64,000 nt of DNA from Salinivirgaceae bacterium (GTDB lineage: Bacteria; Bacteroidota; Bacteroidia; Bacteroidales; SZUA-534): positions 1,344 to 65,343 of the forward strand of contig JAFYYJ010000122.1 in assembly GCA_017557605.1 (NCBI GenBank). The letters run 5' to 3'. The translations under genes and the position numbers were made by a program. Position 1 is the first letter of the stretch. Each line of letters opens with the position of its first letter. This document shows positions 38,508 through 48,641 of the stretch, one piece after another. The notes under the pieces were generated by a model, which saw only the letters and a program-made list of their open reading frames with translations, was not told where the DNA came from and searched no databases.

Positions 38508-39599
38508 ATGAACCAAGATTTATTCTGCGTGATAATGGCCGGCGGTGCCGGAACGCGCTTTTGGCCGGTAAGCCGCGCCTCCTATCCTAAGCAATTCATT
38601 GATATACTTGGCGTTGGCAAGTCATTGCTGCAGCTGACCATTGAACGGTTCACACAGATAGTGCCCAAAGAGAACGTGCTGATTGTCACAAGTGCCGAAT
38701 ATAAAGACTTGACTCTCAAACAGCTGCCGCAGATAAACGAGTCGCAGATTCTGCTTGAGCCGACACGGCGCAACACGGCTCCATGCATAGCTTACGCCAA
38801 TTTCCGCATCCAGCAGATGAATCCGAACGCCAAGATTGTCGTTGCGCCATCTGACCACCTGATTCTCAACGACCAGATGTTCATCAACACCATAAAGAAC
38901 GGTTTCGACTTCGTATCAAACAATAATAACCTGCTGACTCTAGGCATTCAGCCAACACGTCCCGACACGGGTTACGGCTATATTCAGTTTGGTGAGCCGC
39001 TTAGTTTCAACAATATAAGCGATTTGTGCAAAGTGAAAGCTTTTACCGAAAAGCCGAATCTCGAGTTTGCCAAATTCTTCGTTCAAAGCGGCGAATTCTA
39101 CTGGAACGCAGGTATTTTCCTCTGGTCACTGAAATCGATTCAAGAGGCATTCCGCAAACATCTGCCTGAAGTTTACAATCTGTTCAACAGCAAATCGGAA
39201 CTCTTCAACACGGCCGATGAGGAAGACGCCATACAGCAGATTTATCCCGTTTGCGAGAACATCTCTATCGACTATGGTGTTATGGAAAAGGCTGATAATG
39301 TGGCTGTTCTTGGCTCACATTTCGGCTGGTCCGACCTTGGCACATGGACATCGCTCTACGAAAACAAAAACAAGGACAACGACGCCAACGTTGCTGCCGG
39401 CGACAATATACTATTGTATAACACAACGCGCTCGGTGGTTTATGCACCAAAGGGAAAACTTGTTGTGGTTCAAGGTCTTAACAATTACATAATTGCCGAC
39501 ACACCCGACGCTTTGCTAATCTGCAACAAAGACGAGGAACAAAAGGTTAAAAACATTGTCAACGACATAAAAACCCGCACCGGCGACAAGTTTATTTAG
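38508..39599 (+). CDS. manC: mannose-1-phosphate guanylyltransferase
   Basis: IMAGG.GTRFWP.SR..PKQF, EP..RNTAP, PSDH, GYGYI, F.EKP, WNAG, SIDYGVME, WSDLG; TATATTTG promoter at 38482. Confidence 0.93.
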   Translation: MNQDLFCVIMAGGAGTRFWPVSRASYPKQFIDILGVGKSLLQLTIERFTQIVPKENVLIVTSAEYKDLTLKQLPQINESQILLEPTRRNTAPCIAYANFRIQQMNPNAKIVVAPSDHLILNDQMFINTIKNGFDFVSNNNNLLTLGIQPTRPDTGYGYIQFGEPLSFNNISDLCKVKAFTEKPNLEFAKFFVQSGEFYWNAGIFLWSLKSIQEAFRKHLPEVYNLFNSKSELFNTADEEDAIQQIYPVCENISIDYGVMEKADNVAVLGSHFGWSDLGTWTSLYENKNKDNDANVAAGDNILLYNTTRSVVYAPKGKLVVVQGLNNYIIADTPDALLICNKDEEQKVKNIVNDIKTRTGDKFI

Positions 39600-39616
39600 T
39601 TGATACATAGCTAATA

Positions 39617-39654
39617 AGACAGCCGCCAACGCCATTGGCGGCTGTCTCTGTTTT
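39617..39654 (+). terminator. intrinsic terminator after manC
   Basis: AGACAGCCGCCAA-cgcca-TTGGCGGCTGTCT followed by T-rich tail. Confidence 0.75.
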
Positions 39655-39792
39655 ATGACGACTCAACTATTTTTGCGAAACACTTTTATTCAAGTGCAAT
39701 TATTCTAATTTTGCAACCTTAATCGAAAGGCGGATTAAACAGCTTTTGTCAATGACAATCAAGCATTTCCGCAATAAAAACAATATTGAATT

Positions 39793-41664
39793 ATGGATAA
39801 AAATTCTTGGATTGGCCTTTTACTCATCATGGCCGTCGTGTTCGGTTGGAGCTATTTTACACGCCCATCGGAAGAAGAAATACAACGCTATCGCCAGCAG
39901 CAAGACTCCATTGCCCGCGTAGAACAACAACGCGCCATGGAAGCCGAAATGAAGAAGGCTCAAGCCACTGAGCAAGCACAACTGACATCGGTCGAGCAAA
40001 GCGACTCGGTGGTAGGTGTGATGCTGCGCAACCAGTACGGCGAGTTTGCACCGTTTGCCGCCGGCGAGCGCGAATATTACACAATCGAAAACTCGGTGAT
40101 GAAACTGCGCTTTACCAACCTTGGCGGACGCTTGGCCTCGGTCGAGCTTAAAAATTACGACACTTACGATTCGCTGCCAGTTGTTCTGTTCGACGGCGAC
40201 TCCACAATTTTCAACATCAGCTTCTTTGCTCAGAACCGCCGCATCGAAACTGGAAAATTGTTTTTTGTTCCGTCAGAAAATATTAGCACACAATCGGTTA
40301 CTGCCGATTCTCTCGTTGTCAGCTTCAACCTTGATTTGACTGACGACCGCTCGCTGCAGTTCATCTACACCATTTATCCCGACAAGTACAACATCGGCTT
40401 CAATGTGAAGATGCACAATCTGAACCAACTGATTCCTGCTAAATCGACCAACTACTTGACACTCAACTGGGAAACCTTCGCTAAACGGTTGGAGAAAGGC
40501 ATCAAATGGGAGACAATGAACTCAACCATCGCCTACCGTTACTTTGACGATGATGTTGAGCAGTTGAACGAGACTAGCGATTCTGATACTGAGGAGATTA
40601 ACACCCGTCTGCAATGGGTGTCATTCAAGCAGCAATTCTTTAACAGCACTCTGATTGCCAAAAAAGGTTTTTCGGGAGCTGTGCTCAAACAGCAAAAGAC
40701 TGCTTCGGGCGAGAAATATGTAAAACACTTCGAAGCCGAAATATCACTCCCCTACGACGGCCGCGCCGATGAGGAGTATGAAATGGAAATGTTCTTCGGC
40801 CCGAACCACTTCAAAACACTCAAAGCATTGGACATCGACCTTCAGAACATTATTCCGCTGGGCCGCAGCATCTTCCGCTGGGTGAATGTGGGCATTGTGA
40901 TTCCAGTGTTCAACCTACTCGGACGCTTTATCGACAACTATGGCATTATCATCTTGATTCTGACCATATTAATCAAGTTAGTTCTATTCCCGCTCACCTA
41001 CAGACAATACAAGTCGACTGGTATGATGAGCGCTCTAAAACCTGAAATTGACAAGCTGAACGAAAAATATCCGAAACAGGAGGACGCAATGAAGAAACAA
41101 CAAGCAATGATGGACCTCTACAAACGCGCCGGCGTGAGCCCGATGGGCGGCTGTCTGCCAGTGCTTTTGCAGATGCCGTTGCTGATTGCGATGTTCCGCT
41201 TCTTCCCAGCCTCAATTGAGTTGCGTCACGAGAGCTTCCTTTGGGTTGACGACCTCTCGACCTACGATGCCATCCTCAACCTGCCGTTCAGTATTCCTTG
41301 GTACGGCGACCACGTGAGCCTCTTCTGCTTGCTGATGACCATCGTCAACATTCTATATATCAAGATGAGCGGCCAAGCCAATGCTGGCGGTCAGCAAATG
41401 CCGGGTATGAAGATGATGATGTATATGATGCCAGTAATGATGCTCTTCTGGTTCAACGACTACGCCGCAGCCTTGAGCTACTATTACTTCCTGACACTGC
41501 TCATCACCATTATGCAGACCTACGTTATCAAACGCACAATCAATCCAGATGAAGTGCTTAACCGCCTGAAAACGGCCAAAGTGCAGAAAACCCCAACCAA
41601 ATCGAGGTTCCAACAACGTTTGGAAGAAGCAGCAAAGAAACGCGGCGTTAAGCTACCGAAATAA
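39793..41664 (+). CDS. yidC: membrane protein insertase
   Basis: N-terminal TM, periplasmic domain, NYGIII..LT..IK..L.PL, GGCLP.LLQMP, FLW..DLS. Confidence 0.95.
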   Translation: MDKNSWIGLLLIMAVVFGWSYFTRPSEEEIQRYRQQQDSIARVEQQRAMEAEMKKAQATEQAQLTSVEQSDSVVGVMLRNQYGEFAPFAAGEREYYTIENSVMKLRFTNLGGRLASVELKNYDTYDSLPVVLFDGDSTIFNISFFAQNRRIETGKLFFVPSENISTQSVTADSLVVSFNLDLTDDRSLQFIYTIYPDKYNIGFNVKMHNLNQLIPAKSTNYLTLNWETFAKRLEKGIKWETMNSTIAYRYFDDDVEQLNETSDSDTEEINTRLQWVSFKQQFFNSTLIAKKGFSGAVLKQQKTASGEKYVKHFEAEISLPYDGRADEEYEMEMFFGPNHFKTLKALDIDLQNIIPLGRSIFRWVNVGIVIPVFNLLGRFIDNYGIIILILTILIKLVLFPLTYRQYKSTGMMSALKPEIDKLNEKYPKQEDAMKKQQAMMDLYKRAGVSPMGGCLPVLLQMPLLIAMFRFFPASIELRHESFLWVDDLSTYDAILNLPFSIPWYGDHVSLFCLLMTIVNILYIKMSGQANAGGQQMPGMKMMMYMMPVMMLFWFNDYAAALSYYYFLTLLITIMQTYVIKRTINPDEVLNRLKTAKVQKTPTKSRFQQRLEEAAKKRGVKLPK

Positions 41665-41690
41665 TTGTTGGTCAGCAAAATAAAAACTTC

Positions 41691-41722
41691 AAGGCCGTCA
41701 GCATTATGTTGACGGCCTTTTT
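41691..41722 (+). terminator. intrinsic terminator after yidC
   Basis: AAGGCCGTCAgCA-tta-TGtTGACGGCCTT-ttt. Confidence 0.8.
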
Positions 41723-41790
41723 GTTGTCACACCTTTGCAATTTTCACGTCAATTTCAATTAAATTAGCATTTGGTTTTGAAAATGCGGTT

Positions 41791-43851
41791 ATGGATATGA
41801 AATATATAGGTGTTAAATACGGTGCAGCACTTTGTCTTACAGCGATTTTCTCATTATTGGTCTCGCAAGCGCCAGCCATCGCGCAAACCCAACTCGACAG
41901 CACTATTCTGAAACAAATCTCCCCCGACTTGCAGACAGCCAAAGTGTATGCGCAAATCGATGATTTTGAGGCAGCTAATGTTTATCTGAACAAAGCCACG
42001 CAATGGGTGGAAAGCACTGGCGACACTGCCGCCATAATCCAATTATATTTCATAATTATCAGAGATTCATGCACGCCGCTCGAAATCAGCCAGAATTATG
42101 CGAACAAAGCGCTGGAACTCTGCACGCAAACCCGCGATACGGCATATCTAATCAGTTGTTATCTGACGCTTGGAAATTTGGCTCAACAGCAGAATTACGA
42201 CCAAACTGCGGAAGAAAATTTCAGGATAGCGGCGCAGCTGTGCCGACTATCGAACAATCATAATTTGCTGGTCAATGTGTTGTGTGTAATGGGTTATTTC
42301 TACGGCAATCTGGCCGAAAAGCACCATTCCGACTCAATAAATCTCATTGTAATACAATGTTTTAAGGAGTCGGCGCGGATTTGCGACTCACTCAAAATAA
42401 CAGAGGGCGAGTTGTACGACTACATCTATATGGGGCTCGCTGGCGCTAACCTGGGCGTGGCCGAGGGCACTGGCGACCAGCGCTACACCGACACTTGCTA
42501 CCACTATTTCCAGAAGGTGGCGCAGTCACCCACGCTCAATCAGTTTCAGAAAAACGATGTTTACGTCCGTTACCTTATCCAGCGCAAGCAGTACCAGAAG
42601 GCTTTGGATTATGTCGATGCCAATTTCGAAAAAGATAACACCGAATACCACAAAAAACTGCACAAAATTTACGGTCTGATGGGCAACTATCGCGAGGCTT
42701 ACCGCCACTTGCAGGCTTATCACGAGCTGACAAACCAGACCAATGTGGAGGAAAACGCCCGTGTGTTGGCCAAGATGGAAGCCGACCGCGCCGCCGCCGT
42801 TGAGCGCGTCAAGCGCGATGCCGAAAAACAAGTTTATGAGGCCGATGAGCAGCGGATGCACGTCATAATTGTGTCGCTGATTTGCGGACTGGCACTGATA
42901 CTGCTATGGGTTGTATTCATTATCAGAATGTTGCACGCCAAGCATAAAGCCAATGCCGAACTGGCCCGCAAAAACACCGAGCTGGCTGAGCAAAAGGAGG
43001 AAATTACCTCGCAGCGCGATGAGATTGCAACTCAGCGCGACACCATCCAAGCCCAGCGTGATGAAATTCAGGCAAGCATCAACTATGCACGGCGAATCCA
43101 ACGCTCGCTGCTCACACCAGCCGAGACAATCGACCGCATTTTCCCCGACCATTTTCTGCTCTACAAGCCGCGCAATGTGGTGAGCGGCGACTACTACTGG
43201 ATTGGCCAATTTGGCGACAACAAGGTTTGCATTGTGGCCGACTGTACAGGCCACGGAGTACCGGGCGGCTTTATGAGCGTGTTGGGAATGACCAATCTAA
43301 ATTGGATTGTAGGTAAGGATGTTAGCCCCGATATGATATTGAACCGCTTGCGCGAAGCCATTATCGCCAATCTCCGCCAGAGCGACGACGCCCCCACCGC
43401 ACTTCAAGATGATGGCGAGCTCGATTCGTCAATCGACCGCAGTTGCGACGGTATGGACGCTGCCGTTTATGTAATTAATGAGCGGCAGATGACGCTCACC
43501 TTCGCCGGAGCCAACAATCCGTTGGTGCTAATACGCGGCAATGAGATTCAACTGATGAAAGCTGACCGCATGCCTGTTGGCATTTATGCTCGCCTGAACC
43601 CGTTTGCCTGCACCACCGTCAAATTACAAAAAGGTGATTGCATCTACACATATTCCGATGGTTATCAGGACCAATTCGGCGAAGGAACTGACAAGAAATT
43701 CTCTGGACGTCGTCTGCGCGAACTATTGCTTGAAATCCACCAACGACCAATGTCGGAACAAAAAGAAATCCTGAACCGGGAATATGAGCAATGGCGCGGT
43801 CCCAGCTCAAATCAGACCGATGATGTGGTTGTTATGGGAGTGAGAATCTGA
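41791..43851 (+). CDS. TPR-sensor, single-TM, SpoIIE/RsbU (PP2C) phosphatase
   Basis: Signal/TM, TPR-like helices, TM, heptad linker; SINYARRIQ, VSGDYYW, DCTGHGVPG, DGMD, YSDGYQDQFG, QTDD. Confidence 0.9.
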   Translation: MDMKYIGVKYGAALCLTAIFSLLVSQAPAIAQTQLDSTILKQISPDLQTAKVYAQIDDFEAANVYLNKATQWVESTGDTAAIIQLYFIIIRDSCTPLEISQNYANKALELCTQTRDTAYLISCYLTLGNLAQQQNYDQTAEENFRIAAQLCRLSNNHNLLVNVLCVMGYFYGNLAEKHHSDSINLIVIQCFKESARICDSLKITEGELYDYIYMGLAGANLGVAEGTGDQRYTDTCYHYFQKVAQSPTLNQFQKNDVYVRYLIQRKQYQKALDYVDANFEKDNTEYHKKLHKIYGLMGNYREAYRHLQAYHELTNQTNVEENARVLAKMEADRAAAVERVKRDAEKQVYEADEQRMHVIIVSLICGLALILLWVVFIIRMLHAKHKANAELARKNTELAEQKEEITSQRDEIATQRDTIQAQRDEIQASINYARRIQRSLLTPAETIDRIFPDHFLLYKPRNVVSGDYYWIGQFGDNKVCIVADCTGHGVPGGFMSVLGMTNLNWIVGKDVSPDMILNRLREAIIANLRQSDDAPTALQDDGELDSSIDRSCDGMDAAVYVINERQMTLTFAGANNPLVLIRGNEIQLMKADRMPVGIYARLNPFACTTVKLQKGDCIYTYSDGYQDQFGEGTDKKFSGRRLRELLLEIHQRPMSEQKEILNREYEQWRGPSSNQTDDVVVMGVRI

Positions 43852-43909
43852 AAAAGTGTAAAGACTTATGCTACAACCATAAGACTCAGTCTCACGCCAT
43901 GTCAGCAAT

Positions 43910-44848
43910 TTACTTCTGTTTCCCCTCCCGATACGAAGCCACGTGCCGTTCCGATTTTTCCTTGTAGATGTCAGCAATGGTTACCATTATTCCTGTTTCC
44001 TCAACATCGCCAAAATAGGGATTTAAGCTCGTACCGAACACTTTAAGCGTCGATGAAAGGCTCATATAGGAGTTGATAAGCGGCGGTATGCGCTCGCCAC
44101 GGGCACGCACCTCGCGCGACAATGTGCGATAATCTTCCTTGTAGTCGTTGCCCTTGAAGGCCGCATGCAACTGTTCAAGATTGAAATGCAAGTCGAGAGG
44201 GTTGAGAAGATGCATAAGACTCTCGTTTCCACCAAAATACATATTCATAAAATAGAGCAGGAAGTTGCGCGCCTCCTGATTGTAATGGCGGTACATTGTT
44301 ACTTTTCCAAAGAAATATCGGGCTTTAGGATAATCGACAATCAAAGTGCCGAGTCCGTCCCAAAGGTTGTCTAGGGTATAAAGGCTGCGACGACCGTCAC
44401 CAATAGCCTGATTCTCAGGAACAACAAATGAGCGTCCAAGCTCTATTATATATGGCAGGTAATTCTTTTTAAACTCGTCGGAATAATAGAACAGCTGCGA
44501 TGTGGCCAGAACCGGATTGCCTTCAGCATCAGTTGGGGCATCATTTCCTGTAATAAACCGATATCCGCCCAGAATCTCCTGCTTGCGTGGGTCCCAAACA
44601 ATGAGCTGACTGTAAGGCTTTTCTGCTGTGTCGTATTCGTCAATGTCGCAAGCCAAACCTGTGCCGCCACCGGCGTTGCGGAATGTGAACTCACGCAGAC
44701 GACCTACTTCACGAAGCAGATTTGGCGAGTCGAAATGCTTGAAGATGTATATCTCGTTGTCGCCGAAATTTGTTTTGCGGACAAACTTATCGGGAGTCAG
44801 CTCGCTCAATATCAACTTCTTATCTATCGGTTCGATAATATTTTCCAT
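43910..44848 (-). CDS. glsB: GNAT N-acyltransferase, GlsB/ChoA-like (glycine lipid synthesis)
   Basis: EVGRLRE.TFR.AGGG.G...DID.YD, I.GGYR, IELGRSFV, LDNLWDGLG, IPPL.NSY. Confidence 0.75.
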   Translation of the reverse strand: MENIIEPIDKKLILSELTPDKFVRKTNFGDNEIYIFKHFDSPNLLREVGRLREFTFRNAGGGTGLACDIDEYDTAEKPYSQLIVWDPRKQEILGGYRFITGNDAPTDAEGNPVLATSQLFYYSDEFKKNYLPYIIELGRSFVVPENQAIGDGRRSLYTLDNLWDGLGTLIVDYPKARYFFGKVTMYRHYNQEARNFLLYFMNMYFGGNESLMHLLNPLDLHFNLEQLHAAFKGNDYKEDYRTLSREVRARGERIPPLINSYMSLSSTLKVFGTSLNPYFGDVEETGIMVTIADIYKEKSERHVASYREGKQK

Positions 44849-44902
44849 AATTATCTTCCAAAAAACTTTTCGTGTAACAAAATTGGCGAAAAATAGCCAA
44901 GT

Positions 44903-45733
44903 TTATTCTTGTCCGGATTCTAATAAATACGAACTCTCTCTAAGCATTTGCACCCATTCTTGAGGTTTGCGGCTCTTGTCGAATGTTTGCCAACCGACAG
45001 GTTTACCGAACGTTATGGTAATATCGCGGTCGTATTGGTTATACATTTCATCGATTAGGAAAAACATTTCCAAATTGGCCTTAATGTGTAATTTCTTACG
45101 AATGTTGGCAAGGTTATAGAAGAATTTCGAATTCTCGCCTGTGATATGTACTGGCACCACATCGCGCTGATATTTAACAGCTTGTGTAAGGAAATTACGT
45201 TTCCACTCAAGGTCGGTTATCTTCCCTTTGATTTTCCGCGAACACAATCCGGCCGGAAAATATAGAACATGCCTATCGCCGGCATACGCACTGTCGATAG
45301 CCTCCACGCCCTCACGCGACTGGCGGCCATGCTTGTTGATTGGCAGAAATACGCCCTTCATATTAGGCAGATTGAGCAACAAATCGTTGACCGGGAAAAA
45401 CACCTCTCCAAAATGGTGATAGACAACACTTGTGAAAACCAGTCCGTCAAGCCCGCCAAGCGGATGATTCGATATGAAAATCAACCGTTTGGCATCGGCA
45501 GGGATATTCTCAACACCTTCAACTTTTATCCGTGCGCCAAACATCTTCAGCCCAGCATCGACAAACTCGTAAGGCCCCGCATCTTTGTTTTCGCGCAAAA
45601 ACCAATTTATCTCATCGATATGCAGAGTCCGTTTCACCTTGTTCATCAAGAATTTAGGAATGAACTTAAGCAGTTTCGGATTCTTTGAACTGATGATTTT
45701 CTCGATATCGATTTGCGGACAATCGGTTGCCAT
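44903..45733 (-). CDS. glsA: PlsC-like O-acyltransferase, GlsA/ChoB-like
   Basis: SNHPLGGLDG (HxxxxD), FPAGLCSRK, W...F; adjacent to the GNAT partner. Confidence 0.72.
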   Translation of the reverse strand: MATDCPQIDIEKIISSKNPKLLKFIPKFLMNKVKRTLHIDEINWFLRENKDAGPYEFVDAGLKMFGARIKVEGVENIPADAKRLIFISNHPLGGLDGLVFTSVVYHHFGEVFFPVNDLLLNLPNMKGVFLPINKHGRQSREGVEAIDSAYAGDRHVLYFPAGLCSRKIKGKITDLEWKRNFLTQAVKYQRDVVPVHITGENSKFFYNLANIRKKLHIKANLEMFFLIDEMYNQYDRDITITFGKPVGWQTFDKSRKPQEWVQMLRESSYLLESGQE

Positions 45734-45748
45734 AAAACTCTTATTCTC

Positions 45749-45780
45749 AAAAAAAAGAGGCACTATCCGTGCCCCTTTTC
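45749..45780 (-). terminator. terminator after infB
   Basis: Minus strand aaaaGGGGCAC-ggata-GTGCCTCtttttttt. Confidence 0.75.
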
Positions 45781-45796
45781 GTTGTGCTTATTTTGT

Positions 45797-48586
45797 TTAT
45801 AATGTACGTTTTACCTCAGTCTCCTCATAAACCTCGATAATGTCGCCGACCTTAATGTCGTTGTATTTATCGATGTTAAGACCGCACTCCATTCCGGTGA
45901 GCACCTCTTTGGCGTCGTCTTTGAAGCGCTTAAGCGAGCCAAGTTCGCCGGTATAAACCACAATACCGTCGCGGATGACACGCACTTTCGAGGTGCGTTT
46001 CACTTTTCCGTCGCGGACGAAGCAGCCTGCAACCGAGCCAACCTTCGAAATCTTGAAGACCTCGCGAATCTCAACCGTTCCGATAATCTCCTCTTTGATT
46101 TCAGGGGAAAGCATGCCTTCCATAGCGTCTTTCACCTCGTTGATTGCATCATAAATAATCGAGTACAAGCGGATATCGACTTGTTCGCGCTCGGCCAGTT
46201 TGCGGGCGTCCATTGACGGACGAACCTGGAAACCTATGATAATGGCGTCGGAAGCGGCGGCCAGCGTAACATCGGACTCCGAAATCTGACCAACGGCCTT
46301 ATGGATGACGTTGACCTGAATCTCGGGCGTCGAGAGTTTTACAAGCGAATCCTGCAGAGCCTCAGCCGAACCGTCAACATCAGCTTTAACAATGATGTTG
46401 AGCTCGTGGAAGTCGCCAATGGCTTTGCGGCGTCCAACCTCGGCCAATGTAAGGTGCTTTTGCGTACGCAAGCCCTGCTCGCGCTGCAGCTGCAAACGGC
46501 GGTTGGCAATGTCGCGGGCTTCTTTGTCGCTGCTAACAACGTTGAATTTGTCGCCAGCCTGTGGTGCTCCGTTCAAACCGAGAATCAGTGCCGGTGTCGA
46601 AGGCCCTGCCTTGTCAATCTTGCCGTTACGCTCGTTGTACATGGCCTTTACGTGACCAGTGAAGCTACCGGCAAGAACAATATCGCCAACTTTCAATGTG
46701 CCGTTCTGCACAAGCACTGTGGTAACGTAGCCACGGCCCTTATCCAAAGCCGATTCAATTACCGTACCCGATGCCAATTTGTTAGGATTGGCCTTCAAAT
46801 CAAGCAGTTCGGCTTCCAAAAGAACCTTGTCGAGCAACTCGGCAACGTTGATACCCTTCTTGGCCGAAATGTCTTGCGACTGGTATTTGCCGCCCCATTC
46901 CTCAACCAAAAGGTTCATATTGGCCAAGGCCTCTTTTATCTTGTCGGGATTTGCTCCCGGTTTATCTATCTTGTTGATTGCAAAAATGATAGGAACACCG
47001 GCCGCTTGCGCATGGCTTATGGCCTCAACCGTCTGCGGCATTATGGCGTCGTCGGCTGCAATCACAATAATCACAATATCAGTAATTTGAGCACCACGGG
47101 CACGCATGGCGGTAAATGCCTCGTGACCCGGAGTGTCGAGGAACGTGATAGTCTTTCCGTTTTTCAGCACTACGCTGTAGGCACCAATGTGCTGGGTGAT
47201 ACCACCGGCCTCACCTGCAATAACGTTAGCGTTGCGGATGTGGTCGAGCAACGATGTCTTACCATGGTCGACGTGACCCATGACTGTAATGATAGGCGGA
47301 CGCGGAGCCAAATCTTCCTCCGAATCCTCCTCCTCGGATATGGTGTCAAGCAAGTCGGCGCTAACGAACTGCATCTTATAACCGAATTCGTCGGCAACCA
47401 AAGCCATTGTCTCAGCATCAAGCCGCTGGTTGATTGACACAAACAAACCAAGGTTGAAGCAAGTTGAGATAACCTCGTTCACCTGAACATTCATCATGGT
47501 TGCAAGCTCGTTGACCGACACAAACTCGGTAACTTTCAATACCATTTTCTCGGCTTCCTGACGCTCCATTTCCTCAGCGGAACGCTGACGCACATTCTCA
47601 CGTTTGTCGCGGTTGTGCTTGGCCGTTGTGGTTTTGTGACCTTTGCTCTGCAAGCGCGCAAGTGTCTCTTTTACTTGCTTTTGCACATCCTCGTCGTTCA
47701 CTTCCTTCTTCAGGAATTTCGAACCTTTCTGATGCTTGTCGCTCTTCGATATTTGTTTGTCGTTTACATCGACGCGGTCTTTCTGTATGCGTTTGCGTTT
47801 CTCGCGACGCTTTCCTCCGGCCTCGCTTGTCGGATTGGTAAACCTTGGGTCAGTCAGGTCAATCTTATCAACGACCTTGGGACCTTGCAGTTTCTCAACC
47901 TTGGTGTCGATATGCTCTGGCTTGGCCTGTTTGCTACTGTTTCCGCTTTGAGCCTGTTGCTTCTGCGCAGCTTGCTGCTTTTTCATTTGCAACTCGTGCT
48001 CTTTGCGCTCGCGGGCACGCTCCTCCTTGCTTTTCTTGTCGGGGCGGGTTTTAGTGTTCAGCTTGTCAAGGTCAATCTGTCCAAGAATTTTGACGTCCTT
48101 AACCGGCTCAACTTTAGTCTTGATAAGCTCAGGCTCGGGTTTCGGCTCGACTTTCGGCTTTGGCTCCTCTTGAACTTTTGGCTGAGGCTCAGGTTCTTGC
48201 TTACCCTGATTTTTTGCTTTCTCTTCCTTTTTCTTGTTCAGGTCGATTTTACCCACAACATTCACCTTCAACTCCTTTTTGGGAGTCTCGAATATCTGTT
48301 GCTCCTCTTCGGCAGGCTTTTCAGGCTCGGCAAACTCATCGTCGGCATATATCGACTCCTTTTTGGCACGCATTGCGTTGAGTTCGATTTTTGCCGATTC
48401 CTCCTTCGCTTTCATGTCGCCGCTGTATTCCTTCAACAGCATCTGATAGACATCGTACTCGATTTTGGTGTTGGGGCCTTCGTCAACAGCAATACCCTTT
48501 TTGCTCAAAAATTCGGTTATTGTGTTGATACCTACGCTTAAGTCGCGCGCTATCTTATTCAATCTCAATGGTTTGTAATCGCTCAT
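45797..48586 (-). CDS. infB: translation initiation factor IF-2
   Basis: [46 protein letters not shown]. Confidence 0.98.
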   Translation of the reverse strand: MSDYKPLRLNKIARDLSVGINTITEFLSKKGIAVDEGPNTKIEYDVYQMLLKEYSGDMKAKEESAKIELNAMRAKKESIYADDEFAEPEKPAEEEQQIFETPKKELKVNVVGKIDLNKKKEEKAKNQGKQEPEPQPKVQEEPKPKVEPKPEPELIKTKVEPVKDVKILGQIDLDKLNTKTRPDKKSKEERARERKEHELQMKKQQAAQKQQAQSGNSSKQAKPEHIDTKVEKLQGPKVVDKIDLTDPRFTNPTSEAGGKRREKRKRIQKDRVDVNDKQISKSDKHQKGSKFLKKEVNDEDVQKQVKETLARLQSKGHKTTTAKHNRDKRENVRQRSAEEMERQEAEKMVLKVTEFVSVNELATMMNVQVNEVISTCFNLGLFVSINQRLDAETMALVADEFGYKMQFVSADLLDTISEEEDSEEDLAPRPPIITVMGHVDHGKTSLLDHIRNANVIAGEAGGITQHIGAYSVVLKNGKTITFLDTPGHEAFTAMRARGAQITDIVIIVIAADDAIMPQTVEAISHAQAAGVPIIFAINKIDKPGANPDKIKEALANMNLLVEEWGGKYQSQDISAKKGINVAELLDKVLLEAELLDLKANPNKLASGTVIESALDKGRGYVTTVLVQNGTLKVGDIVLAGSFTGHVKAMYNERNGKIDKAGPSTPALILGLNGAPQAGDKFNVVSSDKEARDIANRRLQLQREQGLRTQKHLTLAEVGRRKAIGDFHELNIIVKADVDGSAEALQDSLVKLSTPEIQVNVIHKAVGQISESDVTLAAASDAIIIGFQVRPSMDARKLAEREQVDIRLYSIIYDAINEVKDAMEGMLSPEIKEEIIGTVEIREVFKISKVGSVAGCFVRDGKVKRTSKVRVIRDGIVVYTGELGSLKRFKDDAKEVLTGMECGLNIDKYNDIKVGDIIEVYEETEVKRTL

Positions 48587-48641
48587 TTGCTATACTTTAA
48601 TTTTCCTGATAAAGTCTGTTTTCTCCTTTTTATGCCGATGT

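Noticed and set aside
47850-48280. Three K[VI][VL][GD][KQ]IDL repeats in the IF-2 N-terminus
   Set aside because: An ordinary feature of Bacteroidota IF-2 N-terminal extensions
46301-48541. Long antisense ORFs (378 aa and 308 aa) opposite infB, and similar ones opposite valS, recQ and nusA
   Set aside because: Shadow ORFs produced by codon bias of conserved genes; no recognisable protein features
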